Shown here: positions 1 to 8,907 of the stretch, one piece after another
Layout of the letters: the number at the start of each line of letters is the position of its first letter
How positions within the stretch are numbered: the stretch's first letter is position 1
Assembly (NCBI GenBank): GCA_963746845.1
Contig: CAVVCZ010000005.1
Coordinates: 224,001 to 288,000 of the forward strand
Direction: 5' to 3'
Length of the DNA: 64,000 nucleotides
DNA from: an uncultured Chloroflexia bacterium
Lineage (GTDB): Bacteria > Chloroflexota > Limnocylindria > Limnocylindrales > CSP1-4
Notes under the pieces: generated by a model
What the model was told of the DNA's origin: nothing
Database searches by the model: none
The model's input: only the letters and a program-made list of their open reading frames with translations
Program-made: the position numbers and the translations under genes

Positions 1-876
1 CTCGGCGACGGACCGGCTGAGCTCGGTCAGGCCCTCGAGCGCCCCGCCTCCCGGCGGCACGAGGGCGTGATCGGTCTTGAGCGCGAGGTTGGCGAGGATC
101 GAGACCATGTTCGCGTTGCCGGCCCGCTCCCCGTAGCCGTTGATCGTCGCCTGGACATGGCGGACGCCGGCGGCGACGGCGGCAAGCGAGTTCGCGACCG
201 CGAGCTCCGCGTCGTTGTGGGTGTGGATCCCCCACTCCACGGGCGCCCCGACCGCTTCGGGATCCGCCTCCAACGACGAGCGCACGTCGGCCACGATGGA
301 GACCAGCTCGTTCGTGAGGGTCCCGCCGTTCGTGTCGCACAGGACGAGCGTCCGCGCCCCGGCCTGACGCGCCGCACGGAGCGTGGACAGCGCGTAGTCG
401 CGGTCGGCCCGGTAGCCGTCGAAGAAGTGTTCCGCGTCGTAGACCAGCTCGCGGCCGCGCTCGACGATGAACCGGACCGAGTCCGAGATCATGTCGAGGT
501 TCTCCTGTGGCGTCGCGCCGAGGACCTCCGTCACGTGGAGCAGCCAGCTCTTCCCGAAGATCGTGACGACCGGCGTCTCCGCCGCGACGAGCTCACGCAG
601 GTTCGGGTCGCTCTCCGGTCGGTTGGAGCGGTGGCGGGTGGAGCCGAACGCCGCCAGCCGGGCCGTCCCCCAGGCCATCGTCCGGGCGGCCTTGAAGAAC
701 TCGATGTCCTTCGGGTTGGAGCCGGGCCAGCCGCCCTCGATGTAGGGCATCCCGTACTCGTCGAGCATCCGGGCGACCCGGAGCTTGTCGGCGAGGCTGA
801 GAGTGATGTTCTCGCCCTGCGTCCCGTCGCGGAGGGTCGTGTCGTAGAGGGTGACGGGCCGCTCGCTCGCGGTCAC
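1..876 (-). CDS. cimA: Citramalate synthase (N-terminal part; runs off window start)
   Basis: Manual translation from GTG at 876 (overlaps leuB TGA): VTLYDTTLRDGTQGE, YIEGGWPGSNPKD, FGKSW, YDAEHFFDG, LCDTNGG, GIHTHND, NGYGERAGNAN; not in ORF track because the stop is outside the window. Confidence 0.9.
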   Translation of the reverse strand, partial: MTASERPVTLYDTTLRDGTQGENITLSLADKLRVARMLDEYGMPYIEGGWPGSNPKDIEFFKAARTMAWGTARLAAFGSTRHRSNRPESDPNLRELVAAETPVVTIFGKSWLLHVTEVLGATPQENLDMISDSVRFIVERGRELVYDAEHFFDGYRADRDYALSTLRAARQAGARTLVLCDTNGGTLTNELVSIVADVRSSLEADPEAVGAPVEWGIHTHNDAELAVANSLAAVAAGVRHVQATINGYGERAGNANMVSILANLALKTDHALVPPGGGALEGLTELSRSVAE

Positions 877-2033
877 GACGCGATCCCCGCGCTGACCGGC
901 GCCGCGATCCGCTCGACGACCGCCCGGGTCATCCCGGCCGTCCCGACCCGCCGGATCGCGGCCTCGTCGGCACCCGACGGCAGCAGATCCGCGGTCCGGT
1001 AGCCGTCGTCGAGGGCCGCGCTCACCGCGGCTTCGATGGCGCCGGCCGCGTCGTCGCGGCCGAGGGACAGGCGGAGGAGCATGGCGGCCGACAGGACCGT
1101 CCCGATCGGGTTGGCCAGGTCCTGGCCGGCGATGTCCGGCGCGGAGCCGTGGATGGGCTCGTACAGGCCGAACGTGCCGTGGGCGGTCCGGCTGGTGCCG
1201 AGCGAGGCCGACGGCAGCATCCCGAGGCTCCCCGCGAGCACCGCCGCCTCGTCGCTGAGGATGTCCCCGAAGAGGTTCTCGGTCACGATCACGTCGAAGT
1301 CGGCCGGTCGTCGGACGAGGAGCATCGCGCACGAGTCGACCAGCTGGTGCGCGATCGCGATGTCCGGGTGTGCGGCCGCGACCTCGTCGGCGACGGTCCG
1401 CCACAGGCGCGAGGTCGCCAGAACGTTCGCCTTGTCCACGCTCGTCACCCGGCGACGACGTCCGGCGGCGAGCTCGAACGCCAGCTCGACGACACGACGG
1501 ATCTCGCCCTCGCTGTAGGGCATCGTGTCGAGCGCGCTGCGCTCGCCCGGGCCGCCGGCCCTCGTCGGTTCGTGTCGCTCGCCGAAGTAGATGCCGCCCG
1601 TCAGCTCGCGGACGATCAGGAGATCGACGCCCTCGAGAAGCTCCGGCCGGAGCGGCGACGACGCGATCAGCGCCGGATGGACGGTGACCGGGCGGAGGTT
1701 CGCGTACAGCCCGAGGCCGCCGCGCAGCGCGAACAGCGCCTGCTCCGGACGCACCGAGGCCGACGGATCGGACCACTTCGGTCCGCCGACCGCGCCGAGG
1801 AGGATCGCGTCGGCGGCACCGGCTGTCTCGACGTCCTCGGGCCGGATCGCAACGCCGTGGGCATCGATCGCGACGCCGCCGGCGAGGATCTCGGCCCACT
1901 CGACCGTGAACCCGAACCGGGCCCCGGCCGCGTCGACCACCCCCCGGGCCGCCGCGACGACATCCGGCCCGACGCCGTCGCCCGGGATCGTGACGACGCG
2001 GTAGGTCGCGCCGGCGAGGTCGCCCTCCGTCAC
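873..2033 (-). CDS. leuB: 3-isopropylmalate dehydrogenase
   Basis: IPGDGVGP, RELTGGIYFG, VDKANVL, ENLFGDILSD, EPIHGSAPDIAG; GTG start overlaps leuA stop. Confidence 0.96.
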   Translation of the reverse strand: MTEGDLAGATYRVVTIPGDGVGPDVVAAARGVVDAAGARFGFTVEWAEILAGGVAIDAHGVAIRPEDVETAGAADAILLGAVGGPKWSDPSASVRPEQALFALRGGLGLYANLRPVTVHPALIASSPLRPELLEGVDLLIVRELTGGIYFGERHEPTRAGGPGERSALDTMPYSEGEIRRVVELAFELAAGRRRRVTSVDKANVLATSRLWRTVADEVAAAHPDIAIAHQLVDSCAMLLVRRPADFDVIVTENLFGDILSDEAAVLAGSLGMLPSASLGTSRTAHGTFGLYEPIHGSAPDIAGQDLANPIGTVLSAAMLLRLSLGRDDAAGAIEAAVSAALDDGYRTADLLPSGADEAAIRRVGTAGMTRAVVERIAAPVSAGIAS

Positions 2034-3649
2034 GGCAGATCTTCCGCCGTGCGTCGGCCGACGAACGCGACGTCGACGCCGTTGATCTCCGCCCCGTGGA
2101 GCTTGTTCACTGCCACGAGGTAACCGTCGATCGACGCCTCGATGATGTTCGTCGATAGCCCGTGCCCGGAGACGACGAGCGCCCCCGGCCCTTCGTCCGA
2201 CGACCGTCGGCAGCGGACCAGGACCTGGCCCTGGGCGTCCTCGCCGGCCGACACGGCCTTGATCTCCCACTCGATCAGCACCGGGTGCCAGCCGAAGGCC
2301 GGCTGGAGCGCCTCGTCGACCGCCGAGTAGAGCGCGTCCACCGGGCCGTTGCCGGTCGCCTCGGCCGTCCGGTCCTCACCCCGGACCGTGAGCGTCACCG
2401 AGCCGGTCGCGTTGCCGCCATGGGACGAGGTCACGCTCCAGCCGACAAGCTCGACCGAGGCGGGCACCTCCGACGCACGCTGCTCGACGAGGGCGAGGAG
2501 ATCCGCATCGGTGACCTCCTTCTTCACGTCGGCGAGCGTGATCGCCTGGCGGTAGATCGTGTCGAGGGCGTCGCCCTCGAGGTCGTGGCCCAGCTCGTGG
2601 AGCTTGCCCTGGAGGCCCTTCCGCCCGGACAGCTTGCCGATCGTCAGCTGGCTGCCGGACAGCCCGACCGACTGCGGAGTCATGATCTCGTAGGTCAGCG
2701 GGTTCTTGATCACGCCGTCCTGGTGGATCCCGGACTCGTGGGCGAACGCGTTGCCGCCGACGATCGCCTTGTTCGGCTGGATCGCGAAGCCGGTCAGGTA
2801 GCTGACCAGCCGCGAGGCCGCGGTGATCTGCTCCGTCTGGACGCCGCTGCCGAGCTCCGGGAACTGGGTGGGTCGCGTCCGGAGGGCCATGACGACCTCT
2901 TCGAGCGACGCGTTGCCCGCCCGCTCCCCGAGGCCGTTGATCGTGACCTCGACCTGGCGCGCGCCTGCCTGGACCGCGGCGAGCGTGTTCGCGGTCGCCA
3001 GCCCGAGGTCGTTGTGGCAGTGGACGCTCACGGTCGCGTCGCGGCCGACGAGATCGACCACGCGGCCGACGAGCCCGCCGAACTCGGCCGGGATCGCGTA
3101 GCCGACGGTGTCCGGGATGTTCACGGTCGAGGCGCCGGCCTCGACCACCGCCGCGTAGACCTGGAGCAGGAAGTCCGTGTCGGTCCGCGAGGCGTCCTCG
3201 GCGCTGAACTCGATCTCGGCGTCGGCTCCGAGCGCCTTCCGGCCATAGGCCACCCAGCGGACGGCCTCGGCGAGGGCCTGCTCGCGCGACAGGCGGAGCT
3301 TGTGCTTCAGGTGGATGTCGCTCGTGGCGATGAAGACGTGGAGATGCGGCCGCTCCGCGACCGAGATCGCCTCGACGGCCCGCTGCGGGTCGCCGTCGCG
3401 GCACCGGGCGAGCGCGGCGACCGCGATCCCGCCCTTCGTGTCCTGGGCGATCCGCCGGACCGCCTCGAAGTCGCCGGGCGACGCGGCCGGGAAGCCGGCC
3501 TCGATGACGTCGACCTTGAGGCGCGCCAGCTGCCGGGCGACCTCCAGCTTCTCCGCCGCGGTCAGGCCGGCGCCGGGCGCCTGCTCGCCGTCGCGGAGGG
3601 TCGTGTCGAAGATCCGGACCGTGCCGGCGGGGACGGCGGACACGCTCAT
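2030..3649 (-). CDS. leuA: 2-isopropylmalate synthase
   Basis: [37 protein letters not shown]-terminal regulatory GNGPVDA; ATG 3649 overlaps ilvC stop. Confidence 0.96.
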   Translation of the reverse strand: MSVSAVPAGTVRIFDTTLRDGEQAPGAGLTAAEKLEVARQLARLKVDVIEAGFPAASPGDFEAVRRIAQDTKGGIAVAALARCRDGDPQRAVEAISVAERPHLHVFIATSDIHLKHKLRLSREQALAEAVRWVAYGRKALGADAEIEFSAEDASRTDTDFLLQVYAAVVEAGASTVNIPDTVGYAIPAEFGGLVGRVVDLVGRDATVSVHCHNDLGLATANTLAAVQAGARQVEVTINGLGERAGNASLEEVVMALRTRPTQFPELGSGVQTEQITAASRLVSYLTGFAIQPNKAIVGGNAFAHESGIHQDGVIKNPLTYEIMTPQSVGLSGSQLTIGKLSGRKGLQGKLHELGHDLEGDALDTIYRQAITLADVKKEVTDADLLALVEQRASEVPASVELVGWSVTSSHGGNATGSVTLTVRGEDRTAEATGNGPVDALYSAVDEALQPAFGWHPVLIEWEIKAVSAGEDAQGQVLVRCRRSSDEGPGALVVSGHGLSTNIIEASIDGYLVAVNKLHGAEINGVDVAFVGRRTAEDLP

Positions 3650-4728
3650 CGAGCGGACCCCGCCCCGGCCGGGGCCGGGCCGGCGCCGGACGCCGCCGAC
3701 CCGACCGAGGACTGGGCCTCGCCGGCCTCGACGACGACGGGGTTGAGGAAGGCCATCTGGCTCCGCAGGGCGGCCCCGACCTCCTCGATCTGGTGGTGCT
3801 TGTCCTGCTCGCGGAGCCGCCGGAACTCCTCGCCGCCGGACTCCTGGACCGCGACCCAGCGGGTCGCGAACGAGCCGCTCTGGATGTCGGCGAGGACGTC
3901 CTTCATCGCGGCCTTGGCGCCTTCGGTCACCCGCGGCCCCGAGACGTAGTCGCCGAACTCGGCCGTGTCGCTGACGCTGAACCGCATGAAGTTCAGGCCG
4001 CCGCGATACATCAGGTCGACGATCAGCTTCAGCTCGTGCATCGTCTCGAAGTAGGCGAGCTCGGGCTGGTAGCCGGCCTCGACGAGCGTCTCGAAGGCTG
4101 CCTTGATCAGCGCGGAGACCCCGCCGCACAGCAGCGCCTGCTCGCCGAACAGGTCGGTCTCGGTCTCCTCCTTGAACGTCGTCTCGAGGACGCCGGCGCG
4201 GGTCGAGCCGATCCCGCGGGCATAGGCGAGGACCCGGGCGCGAGCCGTGCCGGACGCGTCATTCTCGACGGCGAACAGGGCCGGGACGCCGCCGCCGGAT
4301 TCGTAGACCGAGCGGAGCAGGTGCCCGGGTCCCTTCGGGGCGACCATCCCGACGTCGATGTCGTCCGCCGGCTGGATCCGGCCGAACCGGATATTGAAGC
4401 CGTGGGCGAACATCAGCAGCTGGCCGGGCCGGAGGTTCGGCGCGATGTCCGCGTCGTAGACCGACTTCTGGAGCGTGTCCGGGACGGCGATCATGATCAC
4501 GTCGGCCGCCTTGACGGCGTCCGGGACGTGGAGCACCCGGAGCCCGGCCGCCTCCGCCCGCTCGCGGCTCTTCGAATCCGGCTTCAGGCCGACGACCACG
4601 TCGATGCCCGAGTCGCGCAGGTTCTGGGCATGGGCGTGGCCCTGCGACCCGTATCCGATGATCGCGACGGTCTGCCCGTCGAGCGCGCTCGGGTCAGCGT
4701 CTGGGTCGTAATACATCCTTGCGGTCAT
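3646..4728 (-). CDS. ilvC: Ketol-acid reductoisomerase
   Basis: [38 protein letters not shown]; SD AGGAG upstream. Confidence 0.97.
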   Translation of the reverse strand: MTARMYYDPDADPSALDGQTVAIIGYGSQGHAHAQNLRDSGIDVVVGLKPDSKSRERAEAAGLRVLHVPDAVKAADVIMIAVPDTLQKSVYDADIAPNLRPGQLLMFAHGFNIRFGRIQPADDIDVGMVAPKGPGHLLRSVYESGGGVPALFAVENDASGTARARVLAYARGIGSTRAGVLETTFKEETETDLFGEQALLCGGVSALIKAAFETLVEAGYQPELAYFETMHELKLIVDLMYRGGLNFMRFSVSDTAEFGDYVSGPRVTEGAKAAMKDVLADIQSGSFATRWVAVQESGGEEFRRLREQDKHHQIEEVGAALRSQMAFLNPVVVEAGEAQSSVGSAASGAGPAPAGAGSAR

Positions 4729-4837
4729 CGGTCTCCTGCCTCTCCTGAACCGGCACCCTCAGCCGTTGATCTGACGCACGCTCTCCGAGGTCCGAGGCGG
4801 AGCTCCGCGACGCCATCGGCCCGAGGATTGCGCGCAG

Positions 4838-5470
4838 TCATCGCTTCACCGCCTCCTCGATCGAACTCGACCCTCTGCTCATCACGACCGACCCGGTCCG
4901 GACGAGCTCCTTGATTCCGTAGGTGCGCACGAGCGCGACGAACGCGTCGATCTCGCTCTCGGGTCCCGTGACCTCGACGATCACCGACTCCCCCGCGAGG
5001 TCGACGACCCGGCCCTTCGACAGCTCGACGAGCTTGAGGATCTCCGCCCGGTTCCCGTCGGTCGCCCGGATCTTCACGAGCGCGAGCTCCTGGGCCACGA
5101 CCGGCTCGGCCGTGACCTCCTGGACCTTCAGGACGTCGATGAGCCGGTAGAGCTGCTTCGCCGCCTGCTCGACCGCGACGTCGTCGCCGTGGAGGGTGAT
5201 CGTCATCCGGCTGATGTCCGGCTGGTCCGTGTGGCTGACCGCGAGCGAGTCGATGTTGAAGTTGCGCGCCCGCATCAGCGACGCGACCCGGTTCAGGACG
5301 CCCGGCTTGTTCAGGACGATGACGATCAGCGTGTGGCGGCGGGTCTCGCCGCCGCCCGGGAGCGCCCGGGGCGGTGGTGCGGCGTGGGCGGGCGAGGCCG
5401 GGGACGCCGAACCGGATGCGGCGCCCGCCGAAGCGGGCGGGCGACCGTTCGAGCCGGCGTCGCCACTCAC
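4838..5470 (-). CDS. ilvN: Acetolactate synthase small (regulatory) subunit with low-complexity N-terminal extension
   Basis: NKPGVLNRVASL, FNIDSLAV, KQLYRLIDVLKV, ELVRTG; GTG 5470 overlaps ilvB stop. Confidence 0.92.
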   Translation of the reverse strand: MSGDAGSNGRPPASAGAASGSASPASPAHAAPPPRALPGGGETRRHTLIVIVLNKPGVLNRVASLMRARNFNIDSLAVSHTDQPDISRMTITLHGDDVAVEQAAKQLYRLIDVLKVQEVTAEPVVAQELALVKIRATDGNRAEILKLVELSKGRVVDLAGESVIVEVTGPESEIDAFVALVRTYGIKELVRTGSVVMSRGSSSIEEAVKR

Positions 5471-7332
5471 TCGTCCGCCCCTTCCCACGTCTCGATCAGG
5501 TCGGACAGGCCCTTGCCGGCGGGCATCATCGGGAAGACGTTCTGCTCCTCGGCGATCTCGAACCAGACGAGGGCCGGTCCGTCGACCGCCTGGGCGGCGC
5601 GGATCGCCTCGTCGACGTCCTCGGGCCGCCTGGCCCGGAAAGCCGGGATCCCGAACGCGTCCGCGAGCTTGGCGAAGTCCGGGCCGGGCAGGTGGGCGGA
5701 GTGGTAGTTGCCCGCGTAGATGATCTCCTGCCACTGCCGGATCATCCCGAGCTTCTTGTTGTCGAGGAGCGCGATCTTCACCGGGATCCGGTCGGCGACG
5801 AGGGTCATCAGCTCCTGGAACGTCATCTGGAAGCCGCCGTCGCCCGTGATCGCCCAGGTCTCGCGCTCCGGGGCGCCGAGTGCCGCGCCCATCGCCGCGG
5901 GGACGCTGTAGCCCATCGTCCCGAGCCCACCCGAGCTGACGTGGGTGTTCGGCCGGCGGAACCCGGCGTACCGGGCGAGCCACATCTGGTTCTGGCCCAC
6001 GTCGGCGACGTACGTGGCGGCATGGTCCGTCAGCTCGCCGATCCGCTCGATCACGTAGTCGGCCGAGAGCAGCCCATCGCGCCAGGCGCCCGAGCCGTGC
6101 CACGAGCTGCCTTCCGACTCGCGTCGCCAATCCGCGAGCTCCGCGAAGTAGTCGGCGCGGACGGCCGGGTCGACCGGCTCGACCATCGGCAGGAGGGCCG
6201 CGAGCACACGCTTGGCGTCGCCGACGATCGGGACCTCGACCGCGACGTTCTTCCCGATCTCGGCCGGGTCGATGTCGACGTGGACGATCCGGGCGTACGG
6301 CGCGTAGGTCCGGACGTTGCCGGTGACGCGGTCGTCGAACCGCATCCCGATCGCGAGCAGCAGGTCCGCCGACTGGATCGCCCTGTTGACGTGCTTCCAG
6401 CCGTGCATCCCCATGTAGCCGTAGCTGAGCGGGTGCGTCTCGTCGATGGCGCCGATCCCGAGGAGCGTGTGCGCGACCGGGATCTGGGCCTTCTCGGCGA
6501 GCGCGACGAGCTCGTCCCAGGCCTCCGCATGGAGGACACCGTGGCCCGCGAGGATCACCGGCCGCTTCGCCTTCGCGAGCTCCGCGGCGGCGAGCTTCAG
6601 CTGGCGGCCGTTCGCGTCGAGATTCGGCCGGAAGCCGGGCAGCCCCGCGACGACCTCGTCGTGGGTCGGGTGGGGCGCCGACGTCTCCTGCTGGAGCGCG
6701 TCCTTCGTGATGTCGACGTGGACGGGCCCGGGCCGGCCGGACCGGGCGATGTGGAACGCCTCGGCCAGGACGCGCGGCAGGTCGTTCGCGTCCCGGACGA
6801 GGTAGTTGTGCTTCGTCATCGGCAGGGTGATGCCGTTGATGTCGATCTCCTGGAACGCGTCCTTGCCGATCAGGGCGGACGGGACGTTGCCGGTGATCGC
6901 GACCATCGGGACGGAGTCGAGGAGGGCCGTCCCGATCCCCGTCACGAGGTTCGTCGCGCCCGGTCCGGAGGTCCCCATGCAGACCCCGACCTGGCCGGTG
7001 ACCCGGGCGTAGCCGTCGGCGGCGTGGGCGCCGCCCTGCTCGTGCCGGACGAGGATGTGGCGGAGCTCCGGGTAGTCGCCGAGGACGTCGTACAGGGGCA
7101 GGATCACGCCGCCGGGGTAGCTGAAGAAGACGTCGACGCCCTGGAGGAGGAGGGCCTCGCAGACGACGTCGGCCCCGATCCGGGTCCGCTTCCTCGGTCG
7201 CGAATCGTCGAGCATCGCCCGGCGGGCGGCCTCGACCGCCGCCGCGTGGGCGGTCCCGTCGCCGGGGATGTGGCTGCGCCGATCCGTTGCCGGACTCGGC
7301 GGCGCGCCGGCCTTTCCTGTCGTCATCGTCAT
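5467..7332 (-). CDS. ilvB: Acetolactate synthase large subunit
   Basis: YPGGVILPLYD, RHEQGGAHAADGYAR, TSGPGATN, DVGQNQMW, TPP motif GDGGFQM...NKKLGM; start 7332 or 7326. Confidence 0.96.
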   Translation of the reverse strand: MTMTTGKAGAPPSPATDRRSHIPGDGTAHAAAVEAARRAMLDDSRPRKRTRIGADVVCEALLLQGVDVFFSYPGGVILPLYDVLGDYPELRHILVRHEQGGAHAADGYARVTGQVGVCMGTSGPGATNLVTGIGTALLDSVPMVAITGNVPSALIGKDAFQEIDINGITLPMTKHNYLVRDANDLPRVLAEAFHIARSGRPGPVHVDITKDALQQETSAPHPTHDEVVAGLPGFRPNLDANGRQLKLAAAELAKAKRPVILAGHGVLHAEAWDELVALAEKAQIPVAHTLLGIGAIDETHPLSYGYMGMHGWKHVNRAIQSADLLLAIGMRFDDRVTGNVRTYAPYARIVHVDIDPAEIGKNVAVEVPIVGDAKRVLAALLPMVEPVDPAVRADYFAELADWRRESEGSSWHGSGAWRDGLLSADYVIERIGELTDHAATYVADVGQNQMWLARYAGFRRPNTHVSSGGLGTMGYSVPAAMGAALGAPERETWAITGDGGFQMTFQELMTLVADRIPVKIALLDNKKLGMIRQWQEIIYAGNYHSAHLPGPDFAKLADAFGIPAFRARRPEDVDEAIRAAQAVDGPALVWFEIAEEQNVFPMMPAGKGLSDLIETWEGADE

Positions 7333-7423
7333 CGGTCCCTGCCTGCCCTCATGTGTTCGCCGTCGCTCCTCGTCAGAGCGGCGCTCCCCTCTCCGCCGCG
7401 CTGTCGTCATCCGGTCGCCGGCC

Positions 7424-7455
7424 AACAAAAAGACCCTCGCCACCCGGCGAGGGTC
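7424..7455 (-). terminator. Attenuator terminator of ilvB leader
   Basis: Minus strand GACCCTCGCC-GGGT-GGCGAGGGTC followed by TTTTTGTT, 27 nt after the leader peptide stop. Confidence 0.88.
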
Positions 7456-7482
7456 CCGTTGGTCTGCGGTGGTTCGCTGCGC

Positions 7483-7626
7483 CTAGCGCCCGTCCCTCCG
7501 TGTTCCTCCGTTCTCCCGCCGGGAGCCGGTAATGAGGAGGCCGACGAGGCCGTCAAGACCGGCAAGGAGGAAGCGAAGAAGACCAAGGAGCGAACCGTCG
7601 TTGAGACCCGAATCATCGAGCGGCAT
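7483..7626 (-). CDS. Putative Leu-rich attenuator leader peptide (47 aa)
   Basis: MPLDDSGLNDGSLLGLLRFLLAGLDGLVGLLITGSRRENGGTRRDGR: 12 Leu (5 CTT), Val, Ile(ATT); lies between promoter and terminator upstream of ilvB; start could be GTG 7653. Confidence 0.7.
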   Translation of the reverse strand: MPLDDSGLNDGSLLGLLRFLLAGLDGLVGLLITGSRRENGGTRRDGR

Positions 7627-7742
7627 GTGGACGCGCCGACCATCCGTCGTCACGACGACGGCGACATGGCGACGATTCCGGCCATCGAACAGACCCAACG
7701 CGGTCTCCCGAACGCGGCCCGGTCGACCCGGGCGGTTTGCGC

Positions 7743-7771
7743 AGTCTACGAGGCGCCCGGTGATCATGCAA
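7743..7771 (-). promoter_or_regulatory. Sigma70-type promoter for ilv-leu leader
   Basis: TTGCAT-N17-TAGACT on minus strand. Confidence 0.65.
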
Positions 7772-7829
7772 CCACCCGGACCCCACGTGAGTGCTCGTGC
7801 CGTCACGAACCCCGATCGCCGGGAACTGA

Positions 7830-7857
7830 CGAGACCGCCGGTCGCCCGACGGTCTCG
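7830..7857 (-). terminator. Hairpin downstream of small peptide genes (probable terminator)
   Basis: CGAGACCGTCGG-GCGA-CCGGCGGTCTCG 12-bp stem (one G-U), GNRA loop; weak U tail. Confidence 0.55.
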
Positions 7858-7888
7858 CATGTTTCCGATCCCTCAGGGTGAGAGCCGG

Positions 7889-7993
7889 TCACAACTTCCA
7901 GCGCTGTCCCGCCTCGAGCACGAGAGCGGAGCTTGCGATGGCGGACACGACCATCAGAACTCGAAAGGCCTGAGCCTTCAGCATCCGAGTCAT
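7889..7993 (-). CDS. Small signal-peptide-like protein P2 (34 aa, ends EAGQRWKL)
   Basis: Manual translation MTRMLKAQAFRVLMVVSAIASSALVLEAGQRWKL; starts 4 nt after P1 stop; paralog at 63358-63456 with synonymous-only differences over 13 codons. Confidence 0.82.
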   Translation of the reverse strand: MTRMLKAQAFRVLMVVSAIASSALVLEAGQRWKL

Positions 7994-7997
7994 CTGG

Positions 7998-8087
7998 TCA
8001 ATACCAGCGCAGGCCGGCGCCGATCGTCAGGGCCAGCGACGCCACGAGCATCACTGCCCATGTGAGGCGCACCAGGTTGCCCTTCAC
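7998..8087 (-). CDS. Small signal-peptide-like protein P1 (29 aa, ends GAGLRWY)
   Basis: GTG 8087 preceded by SD GGAAGGAG; MKGNLVRLTWAVMLVASLALTIGAGLRWY; directly downstream of riboswitch; shares AG-x-RW tail with P2/P3. Confidence 0.8.
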   Translation of the reverse strand: MKGNLVRLTWAVMLVASLALTIGAGLRWY

Positions 8088-8123
8088 ATTCGACTCCTTC
8101 CGAGTCTGTCGAGGTCGTCGGCC

Positions 8124-8197
8124 CCTGGCAACCGGGCGGTCTTCCGGAGAAGATCCCTGGCTTTGCGTCCCCGCCTCGCGACGGGTTTGCCCTGGAC
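8124..8197 (-). ncRNA. Cyclic di-GMP-I (GEMM) riboswitch aptamer
   Basis: CAGGGCAAACCCGTC-GCGA-GGCGGGGACGCAAAGCCAGGGATCT...AGACCGCCCGGTTGCC matches GEMM hallmarks GGCAAACC / GNRA loop / GGACGCAAAGCC / GGTTRCC. Confidence 0.92.
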
Positions 8198-8338
8198 AGT
8201 GAGCACGGCGGAGGGACACCCGTCCCTCGAACCCGACGATGGGCGGTTCGTCACCCCGTGGACACGGGACGAAGGTCCCGGCCCGCCTCGACGGGTGGGG
8301 GAGTTGTCGGCGGGCACCGCGCCGCCGGGACGGCCCGA

Positions 8339-8899
8339 TCAGGACGCGGCGAGGTCCCCGGCGGCGGCCGCGCCCTGCCGGCCCCGGCGCATCACGACGA
8401 CGAGCAGGACGAACACGCCGGCCGCCAGCAGGACGTCACCCACGCTGAAGACGTTCGCGAAGGGGACCCAGCGCGGAAGGGCGAACCGGTCGATCAGGAC
8501 CGGCAGGTTCGGGCTGGCGACGACGGCGCTGTTCGAGTAGATGGTCGGCGCCGTCTTGCCGAGGCTCGCGAGTGCCTCGGGCGTCGCCGGCATGAACCCG
8601 CCGTTCGTGATGATCGCGGCCATGTTGCAGGCGGCACCGAGGACGATCAGGGGCAGCCCGGGCAGATCGAGGTTGCGGAGGACGGCAACGACCACGAGCA
8701 GGGTCGTCGCGACGTACAGGATCGGACCGGCGTCGCCGACCCGGGACGCGACCGCGTCCGAGAACAGCACGACCTGACCGAGGAAGCCGACGACGATCAG
8801 CGGCGCCCACCGGAAGCGGATCTCCGCGATCGCCGAAAGCCGGCCGCCCGTGGCCAGTCCGACCACGATGCCCGCGACGAGGGCGTACAGGATGAACAT
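8339..8899 (-). CDS. DUF5317-type membrane protein, copy 1 (186 aa)
   Basis: MFILYALVAGIVVGLATGGRL..., N-x6-NGGFMP, LIDRF, NVFSVGDVLL; ATG 8899; C-terminal part of the 1034-aa track ORF. Confidence 0.82.
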   Translation of the reverse strand: MFILYALVAGIVVGLATGGRLSAIAEIRFRWAPLIVVGFLGQVVLFSDAVASRVGDAGPILYVATTLLVVVAVLRNLDLPGLPLIVLGAACNMAAIITNGGFMPATPEALASLGKTAPTIYSNSAVVASPNLPVLIDRFALPRWVPFANVFSVGDVLLAAGVFVLLVVVMRRGRQGAAAAGDLAAS

Positions 8900-8907
8900 C
8901 GTCCGTC

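Noticed and set aside
7407-7643. Alternative 78-aa leader ORF
   Set aside because: It runs through the terminator and is less enriched in Leu than the 7483-7626 frame.
7340-7740. T-box riboswitch upstream of ilvB
   Set aside because: No recognisable T-box consensus; the leader peptide plus terminator explains the region.
5374-7881. Long antisense ORFs (also 9316-11796, 33521-36181, 44884-46842, 58325-60169 and others)
   Set aside because: They are mirror frames of well-supported genes, expected from high GC3 codon bias; no recognisable motifs.
8124-8197. cGAMP-sensing GEMM-Ib variant
   Set aside because: The specificity position reads G (CAGGGCAAACC), and neither cyclase was seen to be Hypr-type; c-di-GMP is more likely.
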